Shown piece by piece: positions 1 to 6,952 of a stretch of 48,342 nucleotides of DNA (positions within the stretch are counted from its first letter, which is position 1; every line of letters begins with the position of its first letter). The notes below the pieces were generated by a model. That model did not search any database. It was not told the DNA's origin and was given only the letters and a program-made list of their open reading frames with translations. This DNA comes from Candidatus Wildermuthbacteria bacterium RIFCSPHIGHO2_01_FULL_49_22b. Lineage in GTDB: Bacteria; Patescibacteriota; Minisyncoccia; Minisyncoccales; UBA10102. The position numbers and the translations under genes were made by a program. The DNA lies in the NCBI GenBank assembly GCA_001823165.1, contig MHTT01000008.1, positions 1 to 48,342 of the forward strand, given 5' to 3'.

Positions 1-1
1 A

Positions 2-3000
2 ACTTCAGCTGCTGTGGAACGAATGAGAATAGATAGCTCTGGCAAGGTCGGCATCGGCACTGCCACCCCGGGAGCCCTGCTCTCTGTTGCCACAGACGGT
101 GCCAACGACGCCTTCCGCATCGGAGACAATGGCGCCGGGAACATTCTTACCGTGCAGAACGGAGGCAACGTCGGCATCGGGACGGCGAGTCCGGGAACGA
201 AGCTAGAAGTAAACTTAGGGGGAGTTAGTATAACTGCTATTCGAGCCTTAAGTGGCGGTGTTAATAATTATACTGCTATAGGTATTGGAAGAACATCACT
301 AGAGGGAGCCCTCGCGATTGCAGCTGGGGCCGGACAATGGTCCAGCTTTGCCACTACTGGAGATATTATTCTGCGGTCTGACACGGAAGATTTAATTTTA
401 GGTGCCAGAAATGCTACCGGATCTCTTCGTTTTGCGACTGGCTTTCCTGATACAGAGAAAATGACAATTTTATCTGGCGGCAACGTCGGCATCGGCGACA
501 CCACCCCGGACGCTCTCTTGGAGATTGTGTCTTCCGGAGGCAAGAACCTTTTTGCCCTTACCGATACCACAGACGGAGATGTGTTTATGGTGAACAACGC
601 CGGCAGGGTGGGCATCGGAGATACCACCCCGGACGCGGCACTAGAGATTGTAACCTCCGGCACCACAGACGCGTTCCATATCTCTTCTACAGCCGCCAGA
701 GACGGAGACCTTTTTACCATTACCGCTTTAGGAAACGTGGGCATCGGGACGGCAAGCCCCGGAGTGGCTCTTGAGCTTGGAGCCGACAAATCATTCCGCA
801 TTACGGGGGGAACGGCTTTCCCCGCCTCGCCGTCTGAAGGGCAGATGTTTTTTAGAACCGACACAACCCAGCTCTATGTGTACGCCAACGCAAAATGGCA
901 GGCGGACCGGACTACGGCAACCAAGATAGTGGCTGCCAGCGACTCCAGCAACGAAGAGAAAGCCGACTATGTGGCAGACGGCACCAACGACGAGGTAACG
1001 ATTGAGGCCGCCCTAGCCGCCCTTCCGGCTGGAGGAGGCATGGTGTTTCTTTTGGAAGGAACCTACAGCATTGGGGCCGCCATAGACATAACTCAATCAA
1101 AGGTGTCGCTTGTCGGTTCAGGAAAGGCAACCATACTGCAAAGGGCCGCAAATGCCATTGACGTTATCGTGGTGGGAAACGCGGGAACCGCGTATGAGAG
1201 AGTGATTATCTCCAACCTTCAGATAGACGGAGCAAAAGCTACCCATACGAGCGGCGCGAACGATGGAATAGTTTTTAACCAGAAAATCACCAATTCAGAG
1301 ATTCTAGATACCTGGATTCACGACAATGCGGGCTCTGGCATTTATCTCTTAAGCGGCGGGACCAGCGGCACTGCCAATAACGATAATGTTGTAAGAGGCA
1401 ACAAAATTTTGTCCAACGGCGGTTATGGTCTCGTGATAGCAACTTATGGCTCCAGAAACCGCATAGAGAACAACGATATTAGCTCCAACACGAACAGCGG
1501 AATTCTTTTTTCAACCGGCGCCTATAACAATATGGCCATTGGAAATAGAATTGCCTCAAATTCCTCAAATGGAATAGAAATTGGCAGGGGAGAGGACAAC
1601 ATGATTGCGAATAATTATATTAACTCAAATACGGGAGACGGAGTGAGAATCGCAGGCGACGGCAACGACACGGCTATCATCGGCAACTATATAGAGTTAA
1701 ATACGGGCGACGCAATAGACACAACAACAGGAACCCAGGCGAGCGAACGGCACAGCATTGTATCAAACCTTATCATTGACGATATTACGCTGGGCGGCAC
1801 GGGAATACACTTGGTCTCTTCCAACCGCGTGACAGGCAATATCACCATAAACGCCAGCTCTAATGATAATTATCTTGCGGGCAACACGATTAGCGGAACA
1901 ATCACCGACAACGGCTCAAACAACGTCATTCAGCACAGCAGCCAGTTCAAAATAGAATCCACCTCTGCCACCGTGGTGCCCCTCACCATTACAGCCGATT
2001 CTCTCGCCGCGGCAAACGGCATTGCCCTTTCCGTTGACGGCCTAACCACAGGCACCGGCCTTGATATTTCTTCTACCTCTACTGCGGGAGGAGCTTCTGG
2101 CGTTTCCAAACTGATTAACCTCTCTCGGTCGGGAACCAATGCCAACGCCTCCCACACCGCCTACGGCCTGTACTCCGCGGTAACCAACACAGGGACAACC
2201 TCTACGAATATCGCGGGATATTTCTCTGCCTCCGGCGCCACAAACAACTACGCTGGTATATTTGAGAACGGAAGCGTTGGCATAGGGGATACTACCCCGG
2301 ACGCTCTCTTGGAGATTGTGTCTTCCGGAGGCAAGAACCTTTTTGCCCTTACCGATACCACAGACGGAGATGTGTTTATGGTGAACAACGCCGGCAGGGT
2401 GGGCATCGGAGATACCACCCCGGACGCTACCCTAGAGGTTGTGACGATAGGCACCACAGACGCGTTCCATATCTCTTCTACGGCCGCCGGAGACGGAGAC
2501 CTGCTTACGGTCACTGCCTTAGGAAACGTGGGCATCGGGGCGGCGAGTCCGGGAAGCAAGCTTACCATTGGAAGCGGCTCCTTTGATCTTAGCAGTCAGG
2601 GTTCCATACTTAACGTCGGCAACTCCGGCAGCGACCTTACTGACGGGGTATGGTCTGTCGCGCGCAGCAACAACCAGGCGCAGTTCAGCGTACAAACCTT
2701 TGACGACGCCGGCAACACGCCTCCTGTGCTGAATCTTGCAAGCGCCTTGAGCGACACCATAGGCACCTACACGGCGGTCACCAATACGACAGTGCTTGGC
2801 AGAATTGACTTTCAAGGAGCAGACGGCACCGGTTTTGGCACGGGAACGCGCATTGAAGGCGTTGCCACCGAGACATTCAGCGGTTCCGCCACCGGGGCCT
2901 ACCTTAGTTTCTACACTACCGATACCGGCACCAACACAAAAGACGAGCGCCTGCGCATTGACCAGGATGGGGGCATTTTCATGTATGCCATGGCCGACAA

Positions 3001-4312
3001 CTTAGTTGAAGACGGGGCAGTATGCATTTCGGGCGATGAGCTTTCAGATGAATCAGACGGCCTGTGCGATGCCTCGTCCATAAAGGTCAAGACCGATGTT
3101 CGGGACCTGGACTACGGCATTGCAGAGTTAATGCAGCTTCGTCCGGTGTTCTTCCGCTACAAGGAGGACTTCAAGCCGGACTTTCAGGCAGTGCGGGCCG
3201 GATTCATTGCCGAAGAAATGAACCTGGTTATACCCGAAGTTGTAACGTACGACAGCTACGATGAACACGGAATTCCCAACGGAGATCCTGACGGCATTGA
3301 CTACGGCAAACTGACCGCAGTGCTCACAAAAGCAATGCAGGAACAGCAAAAGCAGATTGAAGAACTGGAGCAATCGCTTCTGACTGTCGCTCAAAACATC
3401 TCTGGCGAACTGGTGAATGTGGACCCGGAATACTTCAGGCAGGGGCTTTCTTCCCTGGGTCTTGCGGTGAACACCAACGGAGTGCTGGAGGTAGACACTC
3501 TCAAAGCAAAAAAGGCGGTATTGGACACCCTTGAGTTAAAAGACCAGCTTACCGGAAAAGTATGGTGCACCTGGATTGAAAACGGAGAATGGCAAAAGGT
3601 GGAAGCAAACTGCGAGCAGATTTCGTACCTGAACGGCCAGCTTGTGATAAACGGGCAGCCCGCGGACTATGACGCCATTGCCGCGGCCAATGGCCTGGTT
3701 TTAGAGCCCCAGCCAGAGGAGCCCGCCCCTGATTCCCTTACCGACACGGTCTCTGATTCCATCTTTGACTCCACTCCCCCCATTATCTCCTTGCTCGGAC
3801 CAAGTTTGCTGGAGATTGAGCTGAACGCAGAATATGTGGATGCCGGAGCTACCGCGACAGATGACGTTGACGGCGACATTTCAGCAAACATTGCAGTAGA
3901 CAACCCAGTGGATACTTCCGTCCTTGGTGCTTATTTCGTCACCTACACTGTGTCTGATGCCGCGGGAAACAAGGCAACGCCAGCGACCCGTACCGTGAAC
4001 GTTGTAGAAGCGCTCTCTGCTCCAGAACCAGCTCTGGAACCAGAGCCAGAACCCCAGGACAGCATGCCTCCGGTCATCACTCTTCTTGGCGAAGCTGTGG
4101 TGGAGCTTGAAGTCGGTGGAATATACGAAGACGCTGGAGCCACCGCGGCAGACGATGTGGACGGAGACATCACTGCAAACATTATTGTCAGCAACCCCGT
4201 AGATACCGCTACTGTTGGCGCCTACACCGTTACCTATATCGTTTCTGACGCGGCCGGTAACGAGGCTGCCCCAGCCGCCCGCACCGTCAATGTCGTACTA
4301 AATCCGATTTAG
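2..4312 (+). CDS. Giant surface/tail-fibre-like protein, 5' partial (frame open to the window edge). Contains GNVGIGT..P repeat modules, a right-handed beta-helix (NosD/pectate-lyase-like) region, an internal peptidase-S74-like intramolecular chaperone domain, a coiled coil and two C-terminal DUF5011/Ig-like repeats.
   Basis: 1432-aa ORF with no stop back to nt 2. Recurrent GNVGIGTASPG/GRVGIGDTTPDA motifs. N/G/I-rich ~22-aa repeats (NNDISSNTNSGI, GNRIASNSSNGIEI, NNYINSNTGDGVRI) typical of parallel beta-helix. DLDYGIAELMQLRPVFFRYKED...GFIAEEMNLVIPEVV...IDYGKLTAVLTKAMQEQQKQIEELE matches the S74 chaperone-of-endosialidase pattern. Two PP(I/V)I(S/T)LLG...YxDAGATAxDDVDGDIxANI...GAYxVTYxVSDAAGN units match the DUF5011 pattern. 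Confidence 0.85.
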   Translation, partial: TSAAVERMRIDSSGKVGIGTATPGALLSVATDGANDAFRIGDNGAGNILTVQNGGNVGIGTASPGTKLEVNLGGVSITAIRALSGGVNNYTAIGIGRTSLEGALAIAAGAGQWSSFATTGDIILRSDTEDLILGARNATGSLRFATGFPDTEKMTILSGGNVGIGDTTPDALLEIVSSGGKNLFALTDTTDGDVFMVNNAGRVGIGDTTPDAALEIVTSGTTDAFHISSTAARDGDLFTITALGNVGIGTASPGVALELGADKSFRITGGTAFPASPSEGQMFFRTDTTQLYVYANAKWQADRTTATKIVAASDSSNEEKADYVADGTNDEVTIEAALAALPAGGGMVFLLEGTYSIGAAIDITQSKVSLVGSGKATILQRAANAIDVIVVGNAGTAYERVIISNLQIDGAKATHTSGANDGIVFNQKITNSEILDTWIHDNAGSGIYLLSGGTSGTANNDNVVRGNKILSNGGYGLVIATYGSRNRIENNDISSNTNSGILFSTGAYNNMAIGNRIASNSSNGIEIGRGEDNMIANNYINSNTGDGVRIAGDGNDTAIIGNYIELNTGDAIDTTTGTQASERHSIVSNLIIDDITLGGTGIHLVSSNRVTGNITINASSNDNYLAGNTISGTITDNGSNNVIQHSSQFKIESTSATVVPLTITADSLAAANGIALSVDGLTTGTGLDISSTSTAGGASGVSKLINLSRSGTNANASHTAYGLYSAVTNTGTTSTNIAGYFSASGATNNYAGIFENGSVGIGDTTPDALLEIVSSGGKNLFALTDTTDGDVFMVNNAGRVGIGDTTPDATLEVVTIGTTDAFHISSTAAGDGDLLTVTALGNVGIGAASPGSKLTIGSGSFDLSSQGSILNVGNSGSDLTDGVWSVARSNNQAQFSVQTFDDAGNTPPVLNLASALSDTIGTYTAVTNTTVLGRIDFQGADGTGFGTGTRIEGVATETFSGSATGAYLSFYTTDTGTNTKDERLRIDQDGGIFMYAMADNLVEDGAVCISGDELSDESDGLCDASSIKVKTDVRDLDYGIAELMQLRPVFFRYKEDFKPDFQAVRAGFIAEEMNLVIPEVVTYDSYDEHGIPNGDPDGIDYGKLTAVLTKAMQEQQKQIEELEQSLLTVAQNISGELVNVDPEYFRQGLSSLGLAVNTNGVLEVDTLKAKKAVLDTLELKDQLTGKVWCTWIENGEWQKVEANCEQISYLNGQLVINGQPADYDAIAAANGLVLEPQPEEPAPDSLTDTVSDSIFDSTPPIISLLGPSLLEIELNAEYVDAGATATDDVDGDISANIAVDNPVDTSVLGAYFVTYTVSDAAGNKATPATRTVNVVEALSAPEPALEPEPEPQDSMPPVITLLGEAVVELEVGGIYEDAGATAADDVDGDITANIIVSNPVDTATVGAYTVTYIVSDAAGNEAAPAARTVNVVLNPI
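500..765 (+). repeat. Intragenic direct repeat, copy 1 (~265 bp) inside the giant surface protein gene
   Basis: accccggacgctctcttggagattgtgtcttccggaggcaagaacc... recurs at offset +1791. About the first 130 nt are identical by eye and the rest is diverged. Confidence 0.9.
2291..2556 (+). repeat. Intragenic direct repeat, copy 2
   Basis: Same sequence as 500-765. It encodes the duplicated module TTPDALLEIVSSGGKNLFALTDTTDGDVFMVNNAGRVGIGDTTPDA. Confidence 0.9.
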
Positions 4313-4338
4313 CTATCCCCACCTAAATCGGATTTAGG
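4298..4338. repeat. REP-like palindrome doublet (family C) immediately upstream of the RayT-like gene
   Basis: ctaaatCCGatttag (4298-4312) and cctaaatCGGatttagg (4322-4338). Each is a 7-bp-arm perfect palindrome, and the two differ only in the central base (opposite orientations). The first copy contains the TAG stop and the last codons (LNPI*) of the giant protein. Confidence 0.85.
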
Positions 4339-4382
4339 ATATAGGGGAAACAGAGTCAGTAGATTAGAATATAATATAAAGC

Positions 4383-5099
4383 ATGCCAAGAACAAAACCA
4401 GAAAAGGGAAAAATCTACCATATTTTCAACCGTGGCGTAGAAAAGCGGAACATCTTTATATCCGAAGGAGATCGCTGGAGATTTTTGCAGGGGATGTATT
4501 TGTTTAATAATGAAGATTCCACCACAAATCTTCTCTATCGTCTTGAGCAAAGAAAGGGCAAGATGCATTTTGGCATCCTGCGAGATTATATGCAGCGAGA
4601 AGGCGTTAAGCGCAAGCCCTTGGTACGCATTATGGCAGATTGCCTTAAGCATAATCACTTTCATTTTAGCATTGAAGAAACTCAAGAAAACGGCATTTCC
4701 CGTTTTATGCAAAAGCTGGGTATTGGATATACAAAATATTTTAATAAAAAATATGAGCGCGTAGGACCGCTGTTTCAAGGAAAGTTTAAACTGGTAGAGA
4801 TACAAAGCGATGCGCAGCTTATGTATCTTATTGCCTATATTAATGCGATTAACCCCGGCCAAGAGTTAGAGCCAGAACTAAAATCAGTAGCGCAAGATCC
4901 AGAGCAAATCCTTGAGTTTATTCAACATTACCCATGGAGTACTCATTTGGAGTATTTGGGCAAAAGAGATTCTATTATTATAGATAAAGGTGTTGCGGGA
5001 GAATTATTTGGTACCCCAATTGCTTACCGAAAGTTTGTAGAAGATATTGTAAAAGGCAAAAAAAGTTTTGGTTTGTCAAAGAAAGATTTTCTTGAGTAG
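4383..5099 (+). CDS. IS200/IS605-like Y1 (HUH) transposase of the REP-associated RayT type (COG1943-like)
   Basis: YHIFNRGVEKRNIF N-terminus. HUH motif in CLKHNHFHFSI. GPLFQGKFK and the LIAYINAINP Tyr helix. HYPWSTHLEY tail. Flanked on both sides by the same palindrome doublets. Confidence 0.8.
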   Translation: MPRTKPEKGKIYHIFNRGVEKRNIFISEGDRWRFLQGMYLFNNEDSTTNLLYRLEQRKGKMHFGILRDYMQREGVKRKPLVRIMADCLKHNHFHFSIEETQENGISRFMQKLGIGYTKYFNKKYERVGPLFQGKFKLVEIQSDAQLMYLIAYINAINPGQELEPELKSVAQDPEQILEFIQHYPWSTHLEYLGKRDSIIIDKGVAGELFGTPIAYRKFVEDIVKGKKSFGLSKKDFLE

Positions 5100-5101
5100 T
5101 T

Positions 5102-5138
5102 CCTAAATCCGATTTAGTTTTACTAAATCGGATTTAGG
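5102..5138. repeat. REP-like palindrome doublet (family C) immediately downstream of the RayT-like gene
   Basis: cctaaatCCGatttag (5102-5117) and ctaaatCGGatttagg (5123-5138), in the same CCG-then-CGG order as the upstream doublet. Confidence 0.85.
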
Positions 5139-5153
5139 AGAATTAGGAGAATT

Positions 5154-5969
5154 ATGAGAGAAATTTTAGAAAAAGTAAAAAATGGGGTGCTGGACGCGGT
5201 ATTTCCGGCAACCTGCATGGGTTGCGGTAGAGAAGGAAAGTATATCTGCCAAAGGTGCGAAGGTTTTGTAAGCGAAGTTGCTTTCATCTGCCCAGTATGT
5301 GAACAGTCGAGTTTTGCCGGAGAGCGGCACCAAACCTGCAAATCGTTCTATGGTTTTGATGGTTTGGTAAGCATTTGGGAATACGAGGGGCTCATGAAGA
5401 GTTTACTGCATTATATAAAGTACAATGGCATTACCCATGCTGCCAAAGAAACCACGGAGCGCGCATTTGAGGTGATTGGGCGCGACAGAGAACGATTTGG
5501 CGCATTTTTATCTTTTTTGTTATCTCAAGATACTTTTGTGACGTATGTGCCCATGTTCAAGAAAAAAGAGAGAAAAAGAGGGTTTAACCAGGCGGAGATA
5601 CTTGCAAGAGAGCTTGGAAAAATAGCCGGGAAAGAAACTCTTTGCGCCTTAGAGAAGATACATGATACAAAACCGCAGGTTGAGCTGAAGAAAGAAGAAC
5701 GGCTGGTAATCGTACAAGGCGCCTTTCAGACAACATTGCCCGCCTTTGCCGACCTGCCTGCTGGCAAGGTGGGGGCTTTGGCGGGCAGGCAAATTACAAA
5801 TCCAGACAATCAATTATCAATGGTCAATCATCAATGGTCGGCACCGCAGAAAGTGGTGCTGGTAGATGACGTGTGGACCACAGGAGCTACCATGAAAGAA
5901 TGCTGCAGGGTTTTGAAAAGGGCTGGCGCCAAAGAAATATGGGGGCTTACTATCGCAAGAACCCCCTAA
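5154..5969 (+). CDS. comF: ComF-family protein (phosphoribosyltransferase-like competence protein) carrying a ~30-40 aa extra segment
   Basis: N-terminal CxxC...CxxC zinc finger. RGFNQAE, VQGAF and VVLVDDVWTTGAT PRTase motifs. SD aggaga lies 5 nt upstream of the ATG. Confidence 0.85.
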   Translation: MREILEKVKNGVLDAVFPATCMGCGREGKYICQRCEGFVSEVAFICPVCEQSSFAGERHQTCKSFYGFDGLVSIWEYEGLMKSLLHYIKYNGITHAAKETTERAFEVIGRDRERFGAFLSFLLSQDTFVTYVPMFKKKERKRGFNQAEILARELGKIAGKETLCALEKIHDTKPQVELKKEERLVIVQGAFQTTLPAFADLPAGKVGALAGRQITNPDNQLSMVNHQWSAPQKVVLVDDVWTTGATMKECCRVLKRAGAKEIWGLTIARTP

Positions 5970-6040
5970 ATTTTCAATCAATGACCCAATTTCACAATTT
6001 TTCAATTGAACATTAAAACATTGATAATTCATTGAAAATT
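5967..6040. repeat. AT-rich TIR-bounded miniature element (family E), copy 1. It fills the comF-dprA spacer.
   Basis: Begins taaattttcaat (the TAA is the comF stop) and ends cattgaaaatt. aaattttcaat and attgaaaatt are reverse complements. It shares the blocks cccctaaattttcaat, caatgacc.aattt and tgataatt...cattgaaaatt with 43185-43271. Confidence 0.7.
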
Positions 6041-6046
6041 AGTGTC

Positions 6047-6952
6047 ATGGCTGACAGTATAACTAAAGAAAGTCCTCGATACCCAACACTACTCGGTGAA
6101 CTTAGGGACGCGCCAAAGCAGCTGTATTATAGGGGAAATTGGGACGGGATTTTTTCCGTCGAAGGCGGATCCGCCTCTGGCGGAGAAAAATGCCTGGCGG
6201 TTGTAGGCACGCGGAGAATGACCAGCTATGGAAAGCGCATGACCGAGCAGATCGTGGGTGAGGTTGCTGCGGCCGGGGTGACCGTTGTTTCTGGTTTTAT
6301 GTACGGTATTGATGCTGAAGCCCACAAAGCAGCTTTGAGAGCCGGCGGCAAAACCATTGCCGTAATGCCCTGCGGAATTGACGTTGTGCACCCAGAATAT
6401 CAGGCGGACTTATATCAAGAGATTTTAGATACGGGCGGCTTAGTGGTTTCAGAATACGAAGGCACGCATCCTGCTTTGTATTGGACGTTTCCACGCCGAA
6501 ATCGCATTGTAGCAGGCCTTTCAAAGGCAACGCTGGTAGTGGAGGCCGGTGAAGACAGCGGAGCATTGATTACCGCAGACCTTGCTAAAAAATACGGCAG
6601 AAAACTCTTTGCCGTGCCAAATCCTTTAACGAGCGCGGTTTCGCAAGGAGTAACGCGGTTGCTAAAAGAGGGTGCAACGATTGCAAGCAGCGCAGACGAT
6701 ATTTTGAAGTATTTTGGGTTTCGTACGCGGAGTAGGGTCAGACCCTACTCGCAAGTAGGGTCTGACCCTACTCCGCAGATTGCAGGCGAACTTGAGCAAA
6801 AGATTATGCAGGTGCTTTTCAAGGAATCAATGCAGATTGACGCGCTTGCCAGAAAACTTAAGATACCGGCAGCGCAGCTGGGAGCCGCAATTTCCATGTT
6901 GCAGTTGGAAGGATGCATAACAGAAGAACAGGGCAAATTATATGTTGTTTAA
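6047..6952 (+). CDS. dprA: DNA processing protein DprA
   Basis: LAVVGTRRMTSYGKRMT, VVSGFMYGIDAEAHKAAL, FPRRNRIVAGLS and a C-terminal winged-helix-like tail. The ORF is open from TTG 6032 but ATG 6047 is the more likely start. Confidence 0.9.
   Translation: MADSITKESPRYPTLLGELRDAPKQLYYRGNWDGIFSVEGGSASGGEKCLAVVGTRRMTSYGKRMTEQIVGEVAAAGVTVVSGFMYGIDAEAHKAALRAGGKTIAVMPCGIDVVHPEYQADLYQEILDTGGLVVSEYEGTHPALYWTFPRRNRIVAGLSKATLVVEAGEDSGALITADLAKKYGRKLFAVPNPLTSAVSQGVTRLLKEGATIASSADDILKYFGFRTRSRVRPYSQVGSDPTPQIAGELEQKIMQVLFKESMQIDALARKLKIPAAQLGAAISMLQLEGCITEEQGKLYVV
6727..6776. repeat. Family B palindromic doublet translated in frame within dprA
   Basis: gcggaGTAGGGTCaGACCCTACtcgcaaGTAGGGTCtGACCCTACtccgc. 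It is two 8-bp-arm hairpin units and the whole 50-mer is nearly self-complementary. It encodes [17 protein letters not shown] in the linker between the Rossmann and winged-helix domains. Confidence 0.85.
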
